Source: Bacteriovoracaceae bacterium (GTDB lineage: Bacteria > Bdellovibrionota > Bacteriovoracia > Bacteriovoracales > Bacteriovoracaceae). From it: a stretch of 20,063 bases of DNA. Below, in pieces: positions 17,118 to 20,063 of the stretch. The notes under the pieces were generated by a model. That model did no database searches. It had not been told where the DNA came from and saw only the letters and a list, made by a program, of their open reading frames with translations. The stretch spans positions 1 to 20,063 of the forward strand of contig JBFGZE010000063.1 in assembly GCA_041586955.1 (NCBI GenBank), in the 5' to 3' direction. The translations under genes were made by a program, and so were the position numbers. The first letter of the stretch is position 1; each line of letters opens with the position of its first letter.

Positions 17118-17441
17118 ATGAAAACAATTTTAATCTTAGCAGCCAGTATTTTCTCATTATCTTCTTTAGCAAAAATAGAAAAAAGACATTTCTCACATTT
17201 AGTGAAATCCTCTACAGAGGAAGGCGTTCAGGCCAAGGTCGAGAGAGCTATTCCTCTTATTAGAAAAGGAAAAATTAAAAGTATGAGTCAAATTGCTTCC
17301 CATTGCTGGCCAAACAGCCGTAGAACAATAAAAGTATTGGGAGTGAGAACTGGAAAGCGTTATAGAGTAGATTCGCACGATAATCTCGAACCATATTTTG
17401 TAGGGATTATTAGCTATGTACATAAATCATGTAGACAATAA
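17118..17441 (+). CDS. Small secreted basic hypothetical protein
   Basis: AGGAG SD, signal peptide MKTILILAASIFSLSSLA, Lys/Arg-rich mature part with two Cys, and a terminator downstream. Confidence 0.8.
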   Translation: MKTILILAASIFSLSSLAKIEKRHFSHLVKSSTEEGVQAKVERAIPLIRKGKIKSMSQIASHCWPNSRRTIKVLGVRTGKRYRVDSHDNLEPYFVGIISYVHKSCRQ

Positions 17442-17504
17442 TAATCGACAAAAAGATTTTTAATTAATTCTCAAAAAATTAAAATGGTCCTATGTGGCCG
17501 ACAT

Positions 17505-17538
17505 GGCCCATATCTTCGGATATGGGTTTTTATTTTTT
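17505..17538 (+). terminator. Rho-independent terminator with cUUCGg tetraloop
   Basis: CCCATATC-TTCG-GATATGGG perfect 8-bp stem (17507-17526) followed by TTTTTATTTTTT, between convergent genes. Confidence 0.88.
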
Positions 17539-18831
17539 ACAAAAATCGACAGGCTCGACAGTATTAATATAATGCTCTTGTACAGTTTCACAATCCTTAA
17601 GAGTTTTATAAACGTCCTTAACGTGGCACTCCTGTGGCATCTTATGTTGTTCGTTATACTTACTATTTTCATAACAAGTGAAATAGCTGAATTTATCAAC
17701 ACAGGCCCAATGTTTTCCCTTACAATTATAAACAAGGCCACGGCCACGTCTTTTATATGTTGGGGCCTTAACATAGGTTGTATAATTCTCGACAATTTTG
17801 TCACTGAGAGCGTCGCTCTCAGAACTAGTAGATGGTTCTGAGGAGGAAGATAGTTCATCGGGCGCTTCCAGTTTATCTTCACCCATATTATTCAGAACCA
17901 TCTCTTCTTCTTTAATTTCCTCTTCTTTATGAGTATCAGTATCTTTATTAGGTGCTTCTTGTCTCGAGTCTGGATTGCTTACATCTGACCCTGCGTCTTT
18001 TTTGGACTCTAACTCTGATTCTGTTTCGACTTGTATTTCAGTTTCATTTTCTTCTTCTGACGTTGGACCGACTTCACTCAAAGCAACCTCAGTTGATCGC
18101 TCTTCTTTATCTTCTGAGTCACTCGGAGAAGCCTGGATTGTCTTTTCAGACGGCCCTTGATTTGAATTGTCATTTTTTAATACCTGAGTATTGGTTTCAG
18201 GGGGAATATCGATTTGGGCCTCTAAAGGGTTTTCCTCCATATTATCCGCAGGAGGTTTTACTGCAGAGACGACTTCTTTCGCCTCTTGCTGGGGTGCTTG
18301 TTCTTTTTCAATTATACTTGGTGCCTTTTCCAGTGCTTTGGCCTCGGCCCTCATCTTGCGCTTTCTTGCCTGCTCTTGTTTTCCTCGTAAACTCCGCTGA
18401 GCATCTTCATCTGCTTTTTTATCTTCAAGATAAAGCGCTAAGAAATCGAAAGTGAAATAGAGGACGACTAAAACGAGGCCCAGTCTTATCGCACGCTGGT
18501 GTTTTTTTAAATCAATTTTACCAAAAAGTTTTTTATTATCCGGATCATCCTCGCCATCGTTATGATCATCTTCTCCATCCAGCTCATATTCTTCTGTGCC
18601 TTCATTTAATGCAGGTTGCGATACAAGTGTTTTCCCGTCATTGTTCTCTTCTAAGTCATCAGGCCTACCAATCTCAGTCTGACCATCGCTATCAATTTGG
18701 TTATTCTGGATTATCGATGTTTCGTCATCAGTGTCACGTGATTTGCTAAAGTTGAGCTTCTCTTTCCATTCATTAATGAATTGCTCAGCATCGGTTTTTA
18801 ACTTATCAATTATTTTTTTTAAATCGGCCAT
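17530..18831 (-). CDS. Single-pass membrane protein with long acidic disordered regions and a 6-Cys C-terminal domain
   Basis: One TM segment (LGLVLVVLYFTFDFLALYL), D/E/S-rich linkers and C-terminal GRGLVYNCKGKHWACVD...FCKK. Start 18831 is preferred over 18876 because the putative promoter abuts 18876. Confidence 0.8.
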   Translation of the reverse strand: MADLKKIIDKLKTDAEQFINEWKEKLNFSKSRDTDDETSIIQNNQIDSDGQTEIGRPDDLEENNDGKTLVSQPALNEGTEEYELDGEDDHNDGEDDPDNKKLFGKIDLKKHQRAIRLGLVLVVLYFTFDFLALYLEDKKADEDAQRSLRGKQEQARKRKMRAEAKALEKAPSIIEKEQAPQQEAKEVVSAVKPPADNMEENPLEAQIDIPPETNTQVLKNDNSNQGPSEKTIQASPSDSEDKEERSTEVALSEVGPTSEEENETEIQVETESELESKKDAGSDVSNPDSRQEAPNKDTDTHKEEEIKEEEMVLNNMGEDKLEAPDELSSSSEPSTSSESDALSDKIVENYTTYVKAPTYKRRGRGLVYNCKGKHWACVDKFSYFTCYENSKYNEQHKMPQECHVKDVYKTLKDCETVQEHYINTVEPVDFCKK

Positions 18832-18881
18832 CAATCGCTTCACTTTTCTTGTGTTAATAAATTTGATATGACTCATTTAAC

Positions 18882-18909
18882 TTATCGTAATATTGAGGAG
18901 AATATTTAA
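18882..18909 (-). promoter_or_regulatory. Putative sigma28/FliA-type promoter for the acidic membrane protein gene
   Basis: Minus strand reads TTAAA-N15-TACGATAA, close to the TAAA-N15-GCCGATAA consensus. Confidence 0.55.
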
Positions 18910-18910
18910 A

Positions 18911-19540
18911 ATGGGTTTTATTGACGATGGTGTCATCAAGTACGACCGGTCTAATTTTACAAAAAGCTCGCCCCTAGAGACCAATAGTTTTAAAGAGTTA
19001 GAGAGGTGGCGGTCTATATTATGGCATCATAACCTAATCGGTGAATACCCCGAGGAAAAGATCGGGTTTGGCAATTTATCCCAAAAAAAGAATTATCAAT
19101 CTCTCCAATCCACCGATAAACCGCAATTTATCATTTCAGGGACTCAAACAGGAAAGTACCCTACTCTTAATGGCGAACTTTACACTCGTGTTCTTGATTT
19201 TGATCTCCATTCACAAAAATGCATCACGCATGGACCGATTGAAGCATCAAGCGAGGCGCTTACCCATGCCTCCATTTACCAGTGCAACCCATCTATCACG
19301 GCAGTTTTCCATGTTCACGGACTTAAAATGTGGGAGTTCATGCTGGCCAATCACTACGACTTTACACCACAAGAAATTCCCTATGGCACATTTGAAATGG
19401 CGATGGCCGTTAAAGAATGCATTAATGATAAAAGCTCAGGAATCTTTGCCATGGCAGGGCATTACGAAGGTGTTATCTCATATGGTCGAACGCTCGAAGA
19501 AGCTGGTGACCTCATTCTGAAAGTTTTTAATTCCCTCTAG
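18911..19540 (+). CDS. Class II aldolase/adducin family protein (MtnB/FucA-like metal-dependent fold)
   Basis: GFGNLS, FIISGTQTG, ASSEALTHASIY, VFHVH, IPYGT and MAGHYEGVISYGRTLEEA. GAGGAG SD precedes ATG 18911. Confidence 0.85.
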   Translation: MGFIDDGVIKYDRSNFTKSSPLETNSFKELERWRSILWHHNLIGEYPEEKIGFGNLSQKKNYQSLQSTDKPQFIISGTQTGKYPTLNGELYTRVLDFDLHSQKCITHGPIEASSEALTHASIYQCNPSITAVFHVHGLKMWEFMLANHYDFTPQEIPYGTFEMAMAVKECINDKSSGIFAMAGHYEGVISYGRTLEEAGDLILKVFNSL

Positions 19541-20062
19541 GCGGGTTTTTAAGCGATCTGTTTTCGTTATTAAATAATCTAAGGATGAAAAAACATCTCC
19601 TATGGAATGACCATAGATTAAGACCGTTTGAAATTTATTGCTTAAAGGAGACAGGGCCAAAATCCCATGAGAATTAAGATCAAAGCAATCTACTTTTTTA
19701 TTTTTCCATGGGTTAGGAAAAATGAGAAAAAGCCCGACGGGGACATTTAATTTCATAATCATTTTTTTCGTTAGAGTACCTAAAGTTTTTCTATAATTAA
19801 TTTCACAAAAAGGAATCGTATAATCTATTCCATTCTTTTCAAAGACAAAACCATCAACCTGAAAAGCATCATGACCACCATTTTTCGCCACTTCCTTTTG
19901 AATTAAGTGATAAAAAGAATCATCAAATTGATCATTTTGACAATAAACAAGTCCGCTAAAAGTCCCTTTTTCATTGCAAAAATTAAACGTTCTCTCCCAT
20001 TTGCCATCATCAAATTGAAGACCAAAATCGTACCGGCGATTTAACCAAGGCGTCAGTACAAC
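19478..20062 (-). CDS. Hypothetical protein with an ATP-grasp-like C-terminal region (5' end beyond the right edge)
   Basis: The frame of ORF 19478..19891 stays open to the window edge: VVLTPWLNRRYDFGLQF...GTFSG...FQVDGFVF...PFCEINYRKTLG. The D...EINxR pattern resembles ATP-grasp metal-binding motifs. Confidence 0.65.
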   Translation of the reverse strand, partial: VVLTPWLNRRYDFGLQFDDGKWERTFNFCNEKGTFSGLVYCQNDQFDDSFYHLIQKEVAKNGGHDAFQVDGFVFEKNGIDYTIPFCEINYRKTLGTLTKKMIMKLNVPVGLFLIFPNPWKNKKVDCFDLNSHGILALSPLSNKFQTVLIYGHSIGDVFSSLDYLITKTDRLKTRLEGIKNFQNEVTSFFERSTI

Positions 20063-20063
20063 C

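Noticed and set aside
15778..19520. ORFs at 15778, 17039, 17199, 17490, 17494, 17952, 17975, 18191 and 19041
   Set aside because: They overlap better-supported genes. The hydrophobic or Ser-rich look of 17494 and 17952-18400 is what the antisense of a charged, low-complexity gene produces.
1..20063. CRISPR array, tRNA/rRNA, IS or integrase, prophage or anti-phage defence genes
   Set aside because: No regularly spaced repeats, RNA gene signatures, transposase/integrase motifs or obvious compositional break were seen; the window looks like native chromosome.

Overview
AT-rich bacterial chromosomal window. Gene content and protein style suggest a predatory Bdellovibrionota (Bacteriovorax/Halobacteriovorax-like) genome; this taxonomy is an inference. 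Left (minus strand): a TPR lipoprotein, a possible LolB-like lipoprotein, and an Opp/Dpp-type peptide ABC transporter (A-B-C-D, with D cut by the window edge). Centre (plus strand): a tightly spaced 7-gene run encoding a PhaR-type DNA-binding regulator, an outer-membrane beta-barrel, two tandem ArsA/GET3-family ATPases, an ATP-grasp glutamate-cysteine ligase (GshA), cystathionine beta-synthase and cystathionine gamma-lyase/synthase. This is the best candidate for an undescribed system, apparently linking a GET3-like ATPase pair and a PHA-type regulator to thiol/H2S metabolism, with no PHA genes or gshB in view. Right: a Cys-rich secreted protein, a degenerate PP2C/SpoIIE-like protein, a stand-alone HD-GYP phosphodiesterase, a small secreted basic protein, a membrane-anchored acidic protein with a 6-Cys C-terminal domain, a class II aldolase-family protein and a partial ATP-grasp-like gene. 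Several identically spaced sigma28/FliA-like promoter motifs, PhaR-like operator motifs and one clear UUCG terminator are visible. No rRNA, tRNA, CRISPR array or mobile element was seen.
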